A DNA stretch of 55,804 bases, taken from the sequence record NC_022046.1, one strand, 5' to 3'. This DNA is from a plasmid. The stretch's first letter is position 1; each line of letters starts with the position of its first letter. The notes under the pieces are model-generated. The model was not told where the DNA came from and searched no databases. It was given only the letters and a program-made list of their open reading frames with translations. The position numbers and the translations under genes were made by a program. Shown here in pieces: positions 17,946 to 28,130 of the stretch.

Positions 17946-19213
17946 AAAATTACACCCATGTCCCTTCTCGCGATATTCTTTGTGTCGATGTGAAATCGTT
18001 TTTTGCCAGTGTGGAATGTGTTAAACGAGGATTGGATCCCCTTCAGGCTTTTTTAGTCGTCATGAGTAATGCAGATCGCGCCGGAGGATTGGTGCTTGCA
18101 GCAAGTCCTCAAATGAAAAAAGTTTTCCGAATTAAGACAGGATCTAGAAAATTTGAAGTGCCAGAGGACGATCCTCGCATCATTATTGCTCCACCTAGAA
18201 TGCAACTATACTTAAAAGTGAATGAGCTCATCCAGAAAATCTTCCTTCGATATGTATCCAGGGAAGATTTTCATGTCTATTCTATCGACGAAGCCTTTTT
18301 GGATGTCACGCACAGTAAAAAGCTTTTTGGATCCGCTGAAGTCATCGCAAAAAAGATACAAGCAGATATTTTAAAGGAGTTAAAGCTGTATGTCACGGTT
18401 GGTATTGGAGACAATCCCCTTCTTGCAAAATTAGCATTGGATAATGAAGCCAAACATCAAAAATCTGGTATTGCGAAATGGCGATATAAAGATGTACCGG
18501 AAACAGTGTGGAAGATCCGACCGATCACTGATTTTTGGGGAATTGGAAAAAGGACTGCTTTTCAGCTGGAGCGAATGGGGATCTATAGCATCCATGGATT
18601 GAGCCAGATGCTCCCCTCCTACTTAAAAAGACGTTTAGGTGTGATTGGGGAACAATTGTATTATCATGCGCATGGGATCGATTATAGCCGTCTGTCAGAA
18701 AAGTATAAGCCACTTGAGAAGTCGTATGGAAAGAGCCAAATCCTAGAAAAGGATTACCATGATCCGGAACAGATCGCCGTGATTATTCAAGAAATGGTGG
18801 AAGAAGTAGCGATGCGCCTACGCAATCATCATGTTGATACCAGCGTCATTCATCTAAGCGCCGGCTACAGCCGATATTCCACTCGGAACGGTTTTAGCCA
18901 CCAAAAAAAGATAATGGCAACCGAAAGTAGCAAGGAGCTTGTCCCCTACTTCTTAGAAATGTTTTGGAAGTATCAGGAAAATGATGCGGTGCGATCAGTT
19001 GCGGTTAGTTGTGGTGGCATCAAAAGAAAAACATCGATGCAGCTGAGCGTATTTGAAGACTATACAAAAACGCTCCAGCAAGAACAGCTAGAGCGTACGA
19101 TTGATAAGATTCGTGATCGTTATGGATTTAAAGCACTTATGCATGCCAATAGCTTAGTAGCCAGGGCTACAGGATTGAAACGATCTGATTTGGTCGGTGG
19201 GCATAAAGGATAA
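17933..19213 (+). CDS. Y-family translesion DNA polymerase (UmuC/ImpB/UvrX-like).
   Basis: 426 aa; N-terminal ILCVDVKSFFASVECVKRGLDPL and SIDEAFLDVT catalytic motifs (IMS family). Confidence 0.88.
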   Translation: MVQVENYTHVPSRDILCVDVKSFFASVECVKRGLDPLQAFLVVMSNADRAGGLVLAASPQMKKVFRIKTGSRKFEVPEDDPRIIIAPPRMQLYLKVNELIQKIFLRYVSREDFHVYSIDEAFLDVTHSKKLFGSAEVIAKKIQADILKELKLYVTVGIGDNPLLAKLALDNEAKHQKSGIAKWRYKDVPETVWKIRPITDFWGIGKRTAFQLERMGIYSIHGLSQMLPSYLKRRLGVIGEQLYYHAHGIDYSRLSEKYKPLEKSYGKSQILEKDYHDPEQIAVIIQEMVEEVAMRLRNHHVDTSVIHLSAGYSRYSTRNGFSHQKKIMATESSKELVPYFLEMFWKYQENDAVRSVAVSCGGIKRKTSMQLSVFEDYTKTLQQEQLERTIDKIRDRYGFKALMHANSLVARATGLKRSDLVGGHKG

Positions 19214-19262
19214 AAAGATAATTAGATAAATTTATCTTTTTATCTAATTATCTTTAGATAAA
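19205..19262. repeat. Partition-site-like repeats/palindromes downstream of the par operon.
   Basis: AGGATAAAAAGATAA plus the 14-bp palindrome AGATAAATTTATCT (19224-19237); the same motifs recur at 20549-20573. Confidence 0.5.
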
Positions 19263-19263
19263 A

Positions 19264-19560
19264 CTATCTGTTTTTCAATAAATCCTTAAGTATCTTTTGT
19301 TGTCTTGGTTCTAGCTTAGTATCCACCCAGTTTTCTAATAAGAGATTTACCAATTCATAATGTTTTAATTTTGTTTCAAAGAAATTATTAGCTATTGTAT
19401 CAATTAATAACATATCGTCAGGGTTAACCTTAATATTTTTCCTGTCTTTTGCATTAACTTTTTTTTCGGAGTTGGACTTTGTATTAACTTTTCTCGATGT
19501 ATCTGCTTGAGTTTTTACTTGTGCTTGTTCCTTGTCTTTACGATCTATTAATCGAGCCAT
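19264..19560 (-). CDS. Small basic protein downstream of parA: putative partition adaptor/centromere-binding protein.
   Basis: ~99 aa, Lys-rich N-terminus, overlaps the parA stop; family not recognisable. Confidence 0.4.
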   Translation of the reverse strand: MARLIDRKDKEQAQVKTQADTSRKVNTKSNSEKKVNAKDRKNIKVNPDDMLLIDTIANNFFETKLKHYELVNLLLENWVDTKLEPRQQKILKDLLKNR

Positions 19561-20512
19561 TAACAACAATCTCCTTTCCCAAAGCAGTTACTTTACCAAT
19601 TTTTGGATTGTAAAAAATTGGTTTATATTGATAGTTATCTAAATCACTGCCGTTTTCAATAAGCTGCATACGTTCAAGCATCTCTTGTACTATATCAGTA
19701 TAGAGTGCAAACATTGTTCGATCCCAATGATCTTCAAATTGAACGCCAAATTTACCATATAACTCTAGTCTTGCGTGATTGTTTATTGTAGTTCCAAATA
19801 TATTTTCTTTACCAAATTTTTCTTTTGTAGTTTCTAGTATTTTTTCATGCAATTTTCTTTTTTTCTGTAGTAAAACTGGTAAAATACCAATTATTTCTGT
19901 TTTGAAGCGACTGCCAAAATCATCTACTAAGGTATTAAGATAAGTTGAAATAAAGGTGTTTGAGCCTTCTAATGCAAATTGTTGAGTTTCTTGAACCACA
20001 ACTAAGTAATCAGCAGCAACTACAGCATTATCTACTTTTAAATCTGTAGAAGGTGGAACATCAATAAAAATAAAATCATAGTCATCACGAATTTTGTCTA
20101 TAAGTGAAGAGAGATAAAAAGTTTGTGCTTCTTCAGTTTTGAATTTACCAATTAAAAAATTAACCATTTTTCTCATATCGTAACTACCAGGGATAATATC
20201 AATATTTTCGTCTAAATTAACAATCGCTTTTGTTAAGTCTCCTTCTTCAATTGCTTTCATTAGTGACATGGGGAACTCTATAACATCATAAGTTTTACTC
20301 ATGAAACTAGTTTCATTACCTTGCATATCTTCATCAATCAATAAAACTTTTTTATTAAAGACATGCGCAAGAATAATTGCCTCCATAGTGGTGTTGGTAG
20401 TTTTCCCTACTCCACCTTTTTGATTTGCATTAATAATAACTCTGCATCGATTATCACTTAGTACTTTCTGCACTTTTTTATATTCTTCTATATAAGCCGG
20501 ACTATTAAACAT
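19538..20512 (-). CDS. parA: ParA/Soj-family partition ATPase.
   Basis: Deviant Walker A ANQKGGVGKTT. ATG at 20512 has RBS AGGAGGCGAGAG; the track ORF extends to 20584. Confidence 0.85.
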   Translation of the reverse strand: MFNSPAYIEEYKKVQKVLSDNRCRVIINANQKGGVGKTTNTTMEAIILAHVFNKKVLLIDEDMQGNETSFMSKTYDVIEFPMSLMKAIEEGDLTKAIVNLDENIDIIPGSYDMRKMVNFLIGKFKTEEAQTFYLSSLIDKIRDDYDFIFIDVPPSTDLKVDNAVVAADYLVVVQETQQFALEGSNTFISTYLNTLVDDFGSRFKTEIIGILPVLLQKKRKLHEKILETTKEKFGKENIFGTTINNHARLELYGKFGVQFEDHWDRTMFALYTDIVQEMLERMQLIENGSDLDNYQYKPIFYNPKIGKVTALGKEIVVNGSINRS

Positions 20513-20548
20513 TCTCTCGCCTCCTGTAATATATTTGTAATAAAGATA

Positions 20549-20573
20549 AAAGGATAAAAAGATAAATTTATCT
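20549..20573. repeat. Partition-site/operator-like motif upstream of parA (copy of the 19208-19237 motif).
   Basis: AGGATAAAAAGATAAATTTATCT contains the perfect palindrome AGATAAATTTATCT. Confidence 0.5.
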
Positions 20574-20717
20574 GATAAACACATAATAACATTCCTTGAA
20601 TTTTATGTAAAGCGAAAAAAGATAAATATTCGGAGGTTATATAAATTATTTGTAGTATAAAGTAACATAGTAACTTATAAAATTAATTGTAAATTGCATA
20701 ACAGCAATACTTTACAG

Positions 20718-20843
20718 GAGATAAAAAGATATATAGATAAAAAAATAAAAAGATAATGAGATATATAGATAAAAAGATAAAGAGATAAAAAGATAAAAGT
20801 ATATATAGATAAAAAGATAAAAAGATATTTATATCTTTTTATC
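20718..20843. repeat. Iteron array (about 3 x ATATAGATAAAAAGATAA-type units) ending in a 28-bp palindrome.
   Basis: Repeated ATATAGATAAAAAGATAAA units with GATAAAAAGATAT-TT-ATATCTTTTTATC (20816-20843), located between parA and the candidate rep gene. Confidence 0.55.
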
Positions 20844-21251
20844 AAATATTATATAGGAGTAAGCTTATTGTGAGAAAAATTGATAGTTTACAAAAAAAAA
20901 AACTTGTTGTATTGTGTAAACAACAAGTAAATAAAAAAGGAATCGCCCATGCATTGACCAAAATGCACTTTAATGTGTTCGACCAAAAACACATTAAAAA
21001 GACGAAACCCTACAAGCTATTAATTTAAAATTGATAAAAAAATTATAGCATAAGTAGGCTTATTTGACAATGCTTAAAAGCAAGTTTTCAAGCATTTTTA
21101 TAAGGTTTTTGAACGTTTCGTGCATGTGAAAAAGTTTCCTTTTCCTGCGCGAGATTTTTGTTTAAAAGGACAAGATTTCTCTGCAGGGAGGGATCTTGTC
21201 CTTTTTTGTTTGCTAAAAGTGAGAATCAACGAAGAGAGGAGAGAGGATCAG

Positions 21252-22886
21252 ATGTTTGACAACGAAGCGATGTATCAATATAGCAGCGTGATCGATGCGG
21301 TCGTGCATGAAGGAATCACTGCTTTTCGGAAAAAGGGAAGTAAAGGCGTTTTGGCTATTCGAGATCACTATGCAGCTGTCGAAGCAGCAAGCGAAAATCG
21401 TAAAGGCGTGCAATTTGTCGTTCGCGATAAAGGTCATCTGCAGATGGAGCATGGCGTCAAAGGGTTTATTGTTACGAGCCAAGAAGCGCTGCTGACAGAA
21501 GCAGATAAAATCACGCATTGGACACCAAACGTTTTTAGATGGGGAACATATACGGACGATAAACGGCAATACATAAAAGGTTTTGACGAACAAAACTTGC
21601 AACAAATCAATACATTCGTGGTCGATGTCGATACACAACAAGTCGATGTTGCGAAGATGCTGACGGCATCGATGAAAGTGCTGGATCAAACGCCGACTTT
21701 TATTTTACATACTACAGCTGGTTTTCAACTGTACTTTGTCCTAGATGCACCAACGTTTATCAGCAATGCCAACCAGTTTAAAGGGTTACGCGTGGCGAAA
21801 CGTATTGCTAAAAACATCAAACATGCGTTTGCGAACGAACTGCCAAACGTCGATTGCGGATGCAATGATTTTGGTTTCTTCCGAGCTCCAAATACTAAAA
21901 ATGTTGCCTTCTTAAATCTGGAGAGTAAATTTCAATTTCAGGAATTGATGAACTGGTCTAAGGAATATACGGCTAAAAATAATCGCCCAGGTCTGCAACT
22001 TGTGTCGAAGCAAGCAGCAACTTTTGATGCGACGCAGCAACCTTGGTTCGATAAAATCGTGCATTTAACGAATGTCCAGGGGCGCAAAGGGCAACTTGGC
22101 CGGAACAATGTTATGTTTACACTGGCACTTGCTTGTTATAGCTCCGGCAGATCCAAACAAGAGGCTTTAGATCTGCTTGATCAATTTAATAGTCGCCTGC
22201 AGGCTGAACTGAAAAATTATAAAGAGATCGAAAAAGTCGTACATAGCGCTTATTCCAAAAGATATAAAGGTGCGAATCTGGAGTATATTGAATCGATCTT
22301 GGAAACGTACGATTCAGGAAGCGAAATGGAGCATTCTACGCCATTTATCTTTGCGAAGCCAGGGAATAGTGTGTTTCGGAAGCATAAAAAAGCGCGAGAA
22401 GTGCGAGAATATTCACATTTTGCAGAGTGGGAAAGTGATTTGGAAAGCTACCTAGAAAAACAGATCACAGCTGGAAAACTTTACTTAGAAAAGTCGCAGC
22501 GCGAGTTGGCTGAAGAAACAAAAATACCATACGCATCCTTGAAAAAAGTCCTGAAGCAATCGAGCAAAATTATTAGCAAAGTACAAGGCAAAGGTCGATA
22601 CGCGAAAACGTTGCTGACCACGATCGCGATTGTGACCGAACAAGCGATCCGTCATGCACTCGATCAAAAAAAAGTGAAGCAAGAAAAATACCGTGCATTT
22701 GTTGAAACGTTTGCGTCAGCAGTGGAATATGTGAAGGGAAAAGTCTACTCAACCAGCAACGCAGAGAGCCTTTTTGTGCGTTCCAACGTCAGAGGGGATA
22801 GAACTGCCCAATTAGTGTTAGAACAAATCAATAAAGTGTACCAGACAAGTCCTAGCAACGATTTAGAGCGATCGCGAAGTAGTTAA
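21252..22886 (+). CDS. Candidate plasmid replication initiator (large theta-type Rep, PriCT-domain/pXO2-like class).
   Basis: ATG at 21252 with strong RBS GAGAGGAGAGAGG (track ORF from 21120 has no RBS). ~544 aa, adjacent to iterons and par genes. Family assignment rests on size and context only. Confidence 0.5.
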   Translation: MFDNEAMYQYSSVIDAVVHEGITAFRKKGSKGVLAIRDHYAAVEAASENRKGVQFVVRDKGHLQMEHGVKGFIVTSQEALLTEADKITHWTPNVFRWGTYTDDKRQYIKGFDEQNLQQINTFVVDVDTQQVDVAKMLTASMKVLDQTPTFILHTTAGFQLYFVLDAPTFISNANQFKGLRVAKRIAKNIKHAFANELPNVDCGCNDFGFFRAPNTKNVAFLNLESKFQFQELMNWSKEYTAKNNRPGLQLVSKQAATFDATQQPWFDKIVHLTNVQGRKGQLGRNNVMFTLALACYSSGRSKQEALDLLDQFNSRLQAELKNYKEIEKVVHSAYSKRYKGANLEYIESILETYDSGSEMEHSTPFIFAKPGNSVFRKHKKAREVREYSHFAEWESDLESYLEKQITAGKLYLEKSQRELAEETKIPYASLKKVLKQSSKIISKVQGKGRYAKTLLTTIAIVTEQAIRHALDQKKVKQEKYRAFVETFASAVEYVKGKVYSTSNAESLFVRSNVRGDRTAQLVLEQINKVYQTSPSNDLERSRSS

Positions 22887-22986
22887 CTTTTAATGAGCTC
22901 AATTGCCAAGTACTTATTTCTAGTTACTAGTTTGCTCTCGACCCCCTGGTTAAATTAATTTACTGATGTGAGGATAGTTTTTAAAC

Positions 22987-23151
22987 ATGAATCGAGCAGA
23001 GAAACAGCAAAAACAACAGCTGTTACTCCAGCTGTCAGATTGTTATGAAAAGCATGATGCGTTACATGTGAAACATGAGGCTGGTACTTATTTACAATGT
23101 GCTACGTGTATGAGAATTATAGAGGTGACAGCTGCAATCAAACGGTTATAA
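22987..23151 (+). CDS. 54-aa Cys/His-containing small ORF (possible zinc-ribbon peptide), not in the ORF track.
   Basis: MNRAEKQQKQQLLLQLSDCYEKHDALHVKHEAGTYLQCATCMRIIEVTAAIKRL*; C-x-x-H...C-x-x-C spacing. Intergenic position downstream of rep, with weak RBS. Confidence 0.25.
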   Translation: MNRAEKQQKQQLLLQLSDCYEKHDALHVKHEAGTYLQCATCMRIIEVTAAIKRL

Positions 23152-23160
23152 GAACCACCA

Positions 23161-23643
23161 GTGGTAAAAAAAACGGAGAAAAAACAGCTAAAGGGTAGTC
23201 ATCAGGCCGAACCGGATGCGGTGAAGTTTGAACGTATGGAAGATTGGTTTCAAGGTTTTACGGTGGATCAGTACGTGCATTTAAAAGATTCGGGAATGAA
23301 AGATAGCGATCTTGTAGATTTGTTAGATATTCCAGTTGCTATTTTAAGACATTGGAAGATGTTACATGGTTTAGCGAGTTATCCAGCAAGTATTTTTGAG
23401 GTAACGACTAAAGAGCAAGAGAAGTATTATTATAAGGCGCTCAAGCAGAGGGATTTGCGGCATCTTTTAAGACAAGCAGGAATCCAAGCACGTTCGATCA
23501 CTGAAATTCCTGGCGATGAATGGGAATCATTTTATGTGTCACTGGATGGAGCTGATAGCTATTGGATAGATGTCAATAAAGTAGACAGAAAAAAGGAATA
23601 TTTTATGAAGAATCAATTAGAAAAGCAAGTTCTTTTAAATTAG
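23161..23643 (+). CDS. Hypothetical protein; its 3' end runs into an IS3-family remnant.
   Basis: 160-aa ORF with GTG start and no recognisable domains. The last ~14 codons overlap the IS3 orfB fragment region. Confidence 0.3.
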   Translation: MVKKTEKKQLKGSHQAEPDAVKFERMEDWFQGFTVDQYVHLKDSGMKDSDLVDLLDIPVAILRHWKMLHGLASYPASIFEVTTKEQEKYYYKALKQRDLRHLLRQAGIQARSITEIPGDEWESFYVSLDGADSYWIDVNKVDRKKEYFMKNQLEKQVLLN

Positions 23644-24205
23644 GTGATAAGAAGTTGTTTGCAGAATGTGGTCTTTTTGAATTATAGAATCCTTCAATAT
23701 ACTCAAAACAAGCTAATTTTACTTCTTCCAAAGAGGAAAAATTTCGACGATTAAGTTCTTCTTTCTTCATGTATTTAAAGAAAGATTCTGTGACGGCATT
23801 ATCCCACGGGTAAGCAAGTTTAGAATAGGAAGGGATAAGGTTGTATTTTTCTTGGACCTGCCGTAATTCTTGAGACAAATATTGGGAACCACGATCAGAG
23901 TGAAAAATAACCGACTGCACAGGATTTCTAGAATGAACGGCTCGCTCTACCGTATCACAAACTAATTTTGCAGTCATAGAGGCATAGACATTCCAAGCAA
24001 TCACTTTTCGAGAGAAGATGTCAAGAATTACACAAAGATAAACAAATCCTTTTTTTACAGGAATATACGAAATGTCGCTGACCCAAATACGATTGGGTTG
24101 CTTGGAATGAAATTGCTGTTTCAACAGATTTGGACAAGTAGAAGAAACCGTCGGTTTTTGATAACGGAATCTTGGTTTTACGGTAGACATTTTAGGAAGA
24201 TCCAT
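23603..24205 (-). pseudogene. IS3-family orfB (DDE integrase core) fragment, 5' part removed by IS21 copy 1.
   Basis: 200 aa with rve-core motifs (DISYIPVKKGFVYLCVILD ... HSDRGSQY ... PWDNAVTESFF). It abuts the IS21 end at 24213, and no orfA is present. Confidence 0.75.
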
Positions 24206-24281
24206 GGTTTTCTGTCAAGGGCCATATTAAAATGTTGGTTTTAGGCCACTGAAAATGTAGGTGAAAATCGTTTAAACGTTT

Positions 24282-25085
24282 TTACGATTTCACCTCTTTG
24301 TTTTCGCTATAACTCTTCATTCTATAAGAGGGCCCCGTAATTTGGATCAATTTAGAGTGATGGACCAACCGGTCCAGTAGCGCGTTGGTAAGCTTCTTGT
24401 TTCCAAATATTTCGGACCACTGGGATAGTGGGATATTGGTTGTAACAATCGTAGATTTTCTTTCATACCGCATATTAATCAGCTGAAAAAGTAAGTTGGA
24501 ATCTTCTTTGGAGAAAGGTAAATAGCCGACTTCGTCGATAATCAACACCGAATAACCCGAATATTTTTTTAGCATCGTTTCGCTAGTTCCGCGCTTGTGA
24601 GCGCGGATCAAACGATTCACTAATTCAGTGCTCGTAATGAACAAACAACTTAAACCACGATCGATACATTCTAATCCAATTGAAACGGCTAAATGGGTCT
24701 TTCCAACACCACTATTTCCAATAAAGAGAATATTGTCATATGTGTCTAAAAAGCGTAATGTTAATAAATCCTGCATTTCCTTCTTTTTTATCCTTGGTTG
24801 AAAATCAAAATTGAAATCATGGAGTCGTTTGTGGTAGGGGAACATTGCACGCTTTAATACCTTTTTTTGACTTTCTTTTTTACGATAACTAATTTCTTGT
24901 TGGGTGAGCTCGAATAAAGAGTCTACAAGCGATTTATCACTTTTGGCAACCTCATCTAAATGGGCAGGTAGATTTTCTTTCATGCAAGATAAATTCAATT
25001 CGTTTAGTTGATTTAACAATTGATGGTAATGGGACATCATTTCCTCCTTATAGATCGTCATATGCATGTAAATTATCATCGACAA
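24282..25085 (-). CDS. istB: IS21 family helper ATPase IstB.
   Basis: 267 aa, Walker A GNSGVGKTH, DnaA/DnaC-like AAA+ fold. Confidence 0.9.
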   Translation of the reverse strand: MSMIIYMHMTIYKEEMMSHYHQLLNQLNELNLSCMKENLPAHLDEVAKSDKSLVDSLFELTQQEISYRKKESQKKVLKRAMFPYHKRLHDFNFDFQPRIKKKEMQDLLTLRFLDTYDNILFIGNSGVGKTHLAVSIGLECIDRGLSCLFITSTELVNRLIRAHKRGTSETMLKKYSGYSVLIIDEVGYLPFSKEDSNLLFQLINMRYERKSTIVTTNIPLSQWSEIFGNKKLTNALLDRLVHHSKLIQITGPSYRMKSYSENKEVKS

Positions 25086-26274
25086 ATCGCTCTAATTCTT
25101 CATCTTCTAAATATTTAAATACATCGGAACGCAAAATTTCAAGCGAGTCTTCGCGTTGATAATTAAGCGCTTTTTCACTTATAGGATGGGTTCGAATACA
25201 TTTATCCCCATACCAAACAAATAGATTGTCCCTACGAATATCTAACGTCACTTCTTTCCCAATATATTTAACAGGAACAGAATATTTAGCATTTTGATAT
25301 TGAACCATGGACTCCATCGATACCTTTCTCAGTAGACGTTTATTTCTAGAAACATAGCTGAGCAATTCTAAACGATGGATGGGAGCTAGTATGGGAAGCT
25401 CTTCCTTTAGTAAAACCGTCGGTTTGTTGTGGATGGCTTGTGAGACGGAGCCATTCAGATCTTGCATCAATTCATATATGATCTGTTTTAACTCTTGTAC
25501 ATCTGTAAATTCATAATTAAAGACCATTAAACGCTCAACTGTTCGGGCTAATGCTTCCACTTTCCCTTTTGTTTGGGGTCTAAAAGGACGACAAGCAATC
25601 GGATGGAATCCAGCGTCTTTCGCAAATTGCCGGAATTTTTCATTGAAAACAGTTTGTGTGAATTGACTCTTACTACGGTCGACAACGGTTTTCATATTGT
25701 CAAACCAAATTTCTTGAGGAATACCGTTTCCGCAATATTCAAAGGCATTGACTAAACACTGAAAAACCGTCGGTTGTGTTCGATCAAAAGTGAGCTCTAA
25801 GTACTTCATTCTTGAGTAACCAAGAATATAGAGAAAAATATTGAAATAAAACACTTCACCGTCTCGGCTAACCATTTTAACGTTTTCTTTCCAATCTACT
25901 TGAGCAGAAAGACCGGGTGTGGTCTCAATGCGAATCGTTGCTTTTTGTACTTTTTCTTCCCGGTATTTACGACAATAACGTTTAATCGTTGTATAACTCC
26001 CTTTATAACCTTTTTTACCTAAGAAATAAAAGATAGAAGCTGCCGAACAATTTAATTCTAATTTATCACGAATAATTTCTTCAAAACCATGAAGCAAAGG
26101 AGGGACCGAAGGTTTTCTCTCTCTAAGCTTATCTAAATCCCCCGTCAATCCAGCTTCATAATAGCGTTTAACCGTTCGATAATCACAATTATATTGTTTG
26201 GCAAGGGCTGCGAAATTAGGATGAATTTCATTCATAATGTGTAGTAACACTCCTTCTAAGACATCTTTTCTCAT
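25048..26274 (-). CDS. istA: IS21 family transposase IstA.
   Basis: 408 aa with HTH N-terminus and DDE core; overlaps the istB start, as usual for IS21. Confidence 0.9.
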   Translation of the reverse strand: MRKDVLEGVLLHIMNEIHPNFAALAKQYNCDYRTVKRYYEAGLTGDLDKLRERKPSVPPLLHGFEEIIRDKLELNCSAASIFYFLGKKGYKGSYTTIKRYCRKYREEKVQKATIRIETTPGLSAQVDWKENVKMVSRDGEVFYFNIFLYILGYSRMKYLELTFDRTQPTVFQCLVNAFEYCGNGIPQEIWFDNMKTVVDRSKSQFTQTVFNEKFRQFAKDAGFHPIACRPFRPQTKGKVEALARTVERLMVFNYEFTDVQELKQIIYELMQDLNGSVSQAIHNKPTVLLKEELPILAPIHRLELLSYVSRNKRLLRKVSMESMVQYQNAKYSVPVKYIGKEVTLDIRRDNLFVWYGDKCIRTHPISEKALNYQREDSLEILRSDVFKYLEDEELERFVDDNLHAYDDL

Positions 26275-26377
26275 GATTCACTCTCCTTGGATAGTTTCAC
26301 GAAAAAGAATATCAGATTTGTCATGTACCTACATTTTCGATGGCCCTTTTCCTACATTTTAATATGGCCCTTTACAA

Positions 26378-26602
26378 TATGATCATACAAAACGGGTTGA
26401 AGAAAGTGAATTACGTCCAGGAGATCTTGTCTTTTACACAAAGACCTATAATGCAGGAAGGCCAGTAACACATGTTGCTTTTTACTTGGGAGATGGCAAT
26501 GTTTTTCAAGCAAGTGGAAACAAAATTAATTACAGTTCGATAAATAATAGCTACTGGAGAGCGCATTTATATGGGTTTGGTAGAGTGGCAGAATTTAATT
26601 GA
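26378..26602 (+). pseudogene. NlpC/P60-family peptidoglycan hydrolase, C-terminal ~74 codons only.
   Basis: Open frame from the IS21 boundary reads ...LRPGDLVFYTKTYNAGRPVTHVAFYLGDGNVFQASG..., the NlpC/P60 catalytic His region. No start codon is present. Confidence 0.55.
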
Positions 26603-26617
26603 AAAGGAGTTTATTAA

Positions 26618-27208
26618 ATGACAACAAGTAAGAGAATGTTAACCATATTTATCTTAACTATTTTACTTTTATCGATTATTTCATTTTGTTTTTTGTACGT
26701 GCAAGCTAATAGTAAGGTCGTTACTCAGAGAGAGATAATTAAAAAAATGAATATAAATTTACGAAATAGAAACGAAGAAAATATCACTTTAAAAGAAAGA
26801 AGTTTACAAAATAGTGATGATTCCGATCAAAAAAAAATCCATCTTTTTTTAGATAAATTTTTTGGTGAAATACAAAATTATACGGAAAAAGATTATGGAA
26901 AAAGATTTGATGGAATAGAAAATATGGCAAATGAATCTATTCTTCAAGAAATGAAAGGTGCTGGATCTGAAGTCGAAACGGCTTCCCACAATATTGAATT
27001 TGAAAATAAACTAACAGGTCTGACGGTTTATCAAGACCGTGAAAAGCCACTCCACTTTTTTATCAAAATGGAGCTAGAATATCATACAAAAACATTTGAA
27101 AACAAGTCCTATTTTTTAGCGGAAGTAACGTTACAAAAACAAAAAGAGGCTTACTTCATGACGAATTACACCGCTTTAGGATCGATTCAACAAACAACGG
27201 AGGCCTAG
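26618..27208 (+). CDS. Hypothetical membrane-anchored protein (transfer-region associated).
   Basis: 196 aa, single N-terminal TM, RBS AAAGGAG. Confidence 0.4.
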   Translation: MTTSKRMLTIFILTILLLSIISFCFLYVQANSKVVTQREIIKKMNINLRNRNEENITLKERSLQNSDDSDQKKIHLFLDKFFGEIQNYTEKDYGKRFDGIENMANESILQEMKGAGSEVETASHNIEFENKLTGLTVYQDREKPLHFFIKMELEYHTKTFENKSYFLAEVTLQKQKEAYFMTNYTALGSIQQTTEA

Positions 27209-27210
27209 TT

Positions 27211-28128
27211 ATGGAAGAAGGAAGTTGGATAGAAAAAATTCAAAATTTGAATAAGAAAGATAAAAAAATATTTCAAACAAACAAAATTCTTCGGTTTAAA
27301 ATCGGGATTATCTTATCGGCTTGTTTAGCTGTATTTTTCTTATCATCTAATTATTGGTGGGGAGATTATTCCCCGATTCAGCAAAGTCAGATTGGAGAGA
27401 AAGTGGACATTAACGGCACAAAATTTATTCTGCAAGATTGGAAATACAATCCAAATAAAAAGTCCATGCGCATCAAAATGTTTATTGATCCGAACGCAAC
27501 TGACACTTATACCAACCTGTATAAAGTAAGTTTTGTGATGCGTGATTTAGAAAAAGAGGACTATGAAAATACACAAATTCACAGCAAAATATTGTATCAA
27601 GATGATCGATATTTGGTAGTAGAAGTCAGCGACTTACCGGAGAATTTTCAAAAAATGATTGTCTATGTGGATGATGCTAATGAAGAAAATAACGAAGTTG
27701 TGCTTCAAACATTTTCAATCAGCAAGAGTGATGATAATGAAAAAATGGGTGGCTTCTCCGGAGATTATCGTAAGTTGAAAAAAGTGAAAAACTGGACCAG
27801 TGAAACAACGTTTGCCTACAAAAAAGAAGGACTCCGTTTTCAAATAATGTTCTTAGAAAACAACATAGCGAAGAAAGATATGCAAATCAAAAAGCTGGAA
27901 GAAAAAAACCAGATTATTCATGAAAAGCAACAAGATTTGGAGGCGAGCAAAACTCACAAAACACCGGAAGAACAGACTAATATCACTTATGAAATCCATA
28001 GCTTGGATGACACTATCAATGATAATAAATCTTCGATATCGAGTAAAGAAGCGAATATCGCTGCTTTGGAAGAACAAATAAAAGCGATGAAGAACCAGAT
28101 CCAATCACTTATCGAGATAGGTAAATAA
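27211..28128 (+). CDS. Hypothetical membrane-anchored coiled-coil protein.
   Basis: 305 aa, N-terminal TM, long C-terminal coiled coil (KKLEEKNQIIHEKQQDLEAS...). Confidence 0.4.
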   Translation: MEEGSWIEKIQNLNKKDKKIFQTNKILRFKIGIILSACLAVFFLSSNYWWGDYSPIQQSQIGEKVDINGTKFILQDWKYNPNKKSMRIKMFIDPNATDTYTNLYKVSFVMRDLEKEDYENTQIHSKILYQDDRYLVVEVSDLPENFQKMIVYVDDANEENNEVVLQTFSISKSDDNEKMGGFSGDYRKLKKVKNWTSETTFAYKKEGLRFQIMFLENNIAKKDMQIKKLEEKNQIIHEKQQDLEASKTHKTPEEQTNITYEIHSLDDTINDNKSSISSKEANIAALEEQIKAMKNQIQSLIEIGK

Positions 28129-28130
28129 AG

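Larger units (their letters stand above)
24213..26376 (-). mobile_element. IS21-family insertion sequence, copy 1, 2164 bp.
   Basis: Ends TGTCAAGGGCCATATTAAAATGT... (24213-) and ...ACATTTTAATATGGCCCTTTACA (to 26376); istA + istB. Second inverted copy at 34751..36912. Confidence 0.85.

Noticed and set aside
20718-20843. Possible CRISPR array (short repeats AGATAAAAAGATA).
   Set aside because: Units are 13-18 bp, irregularly spaced and have no unique spacers. They are located between par and rep genes, so this is an iteron/centromere array, not CRISPR.
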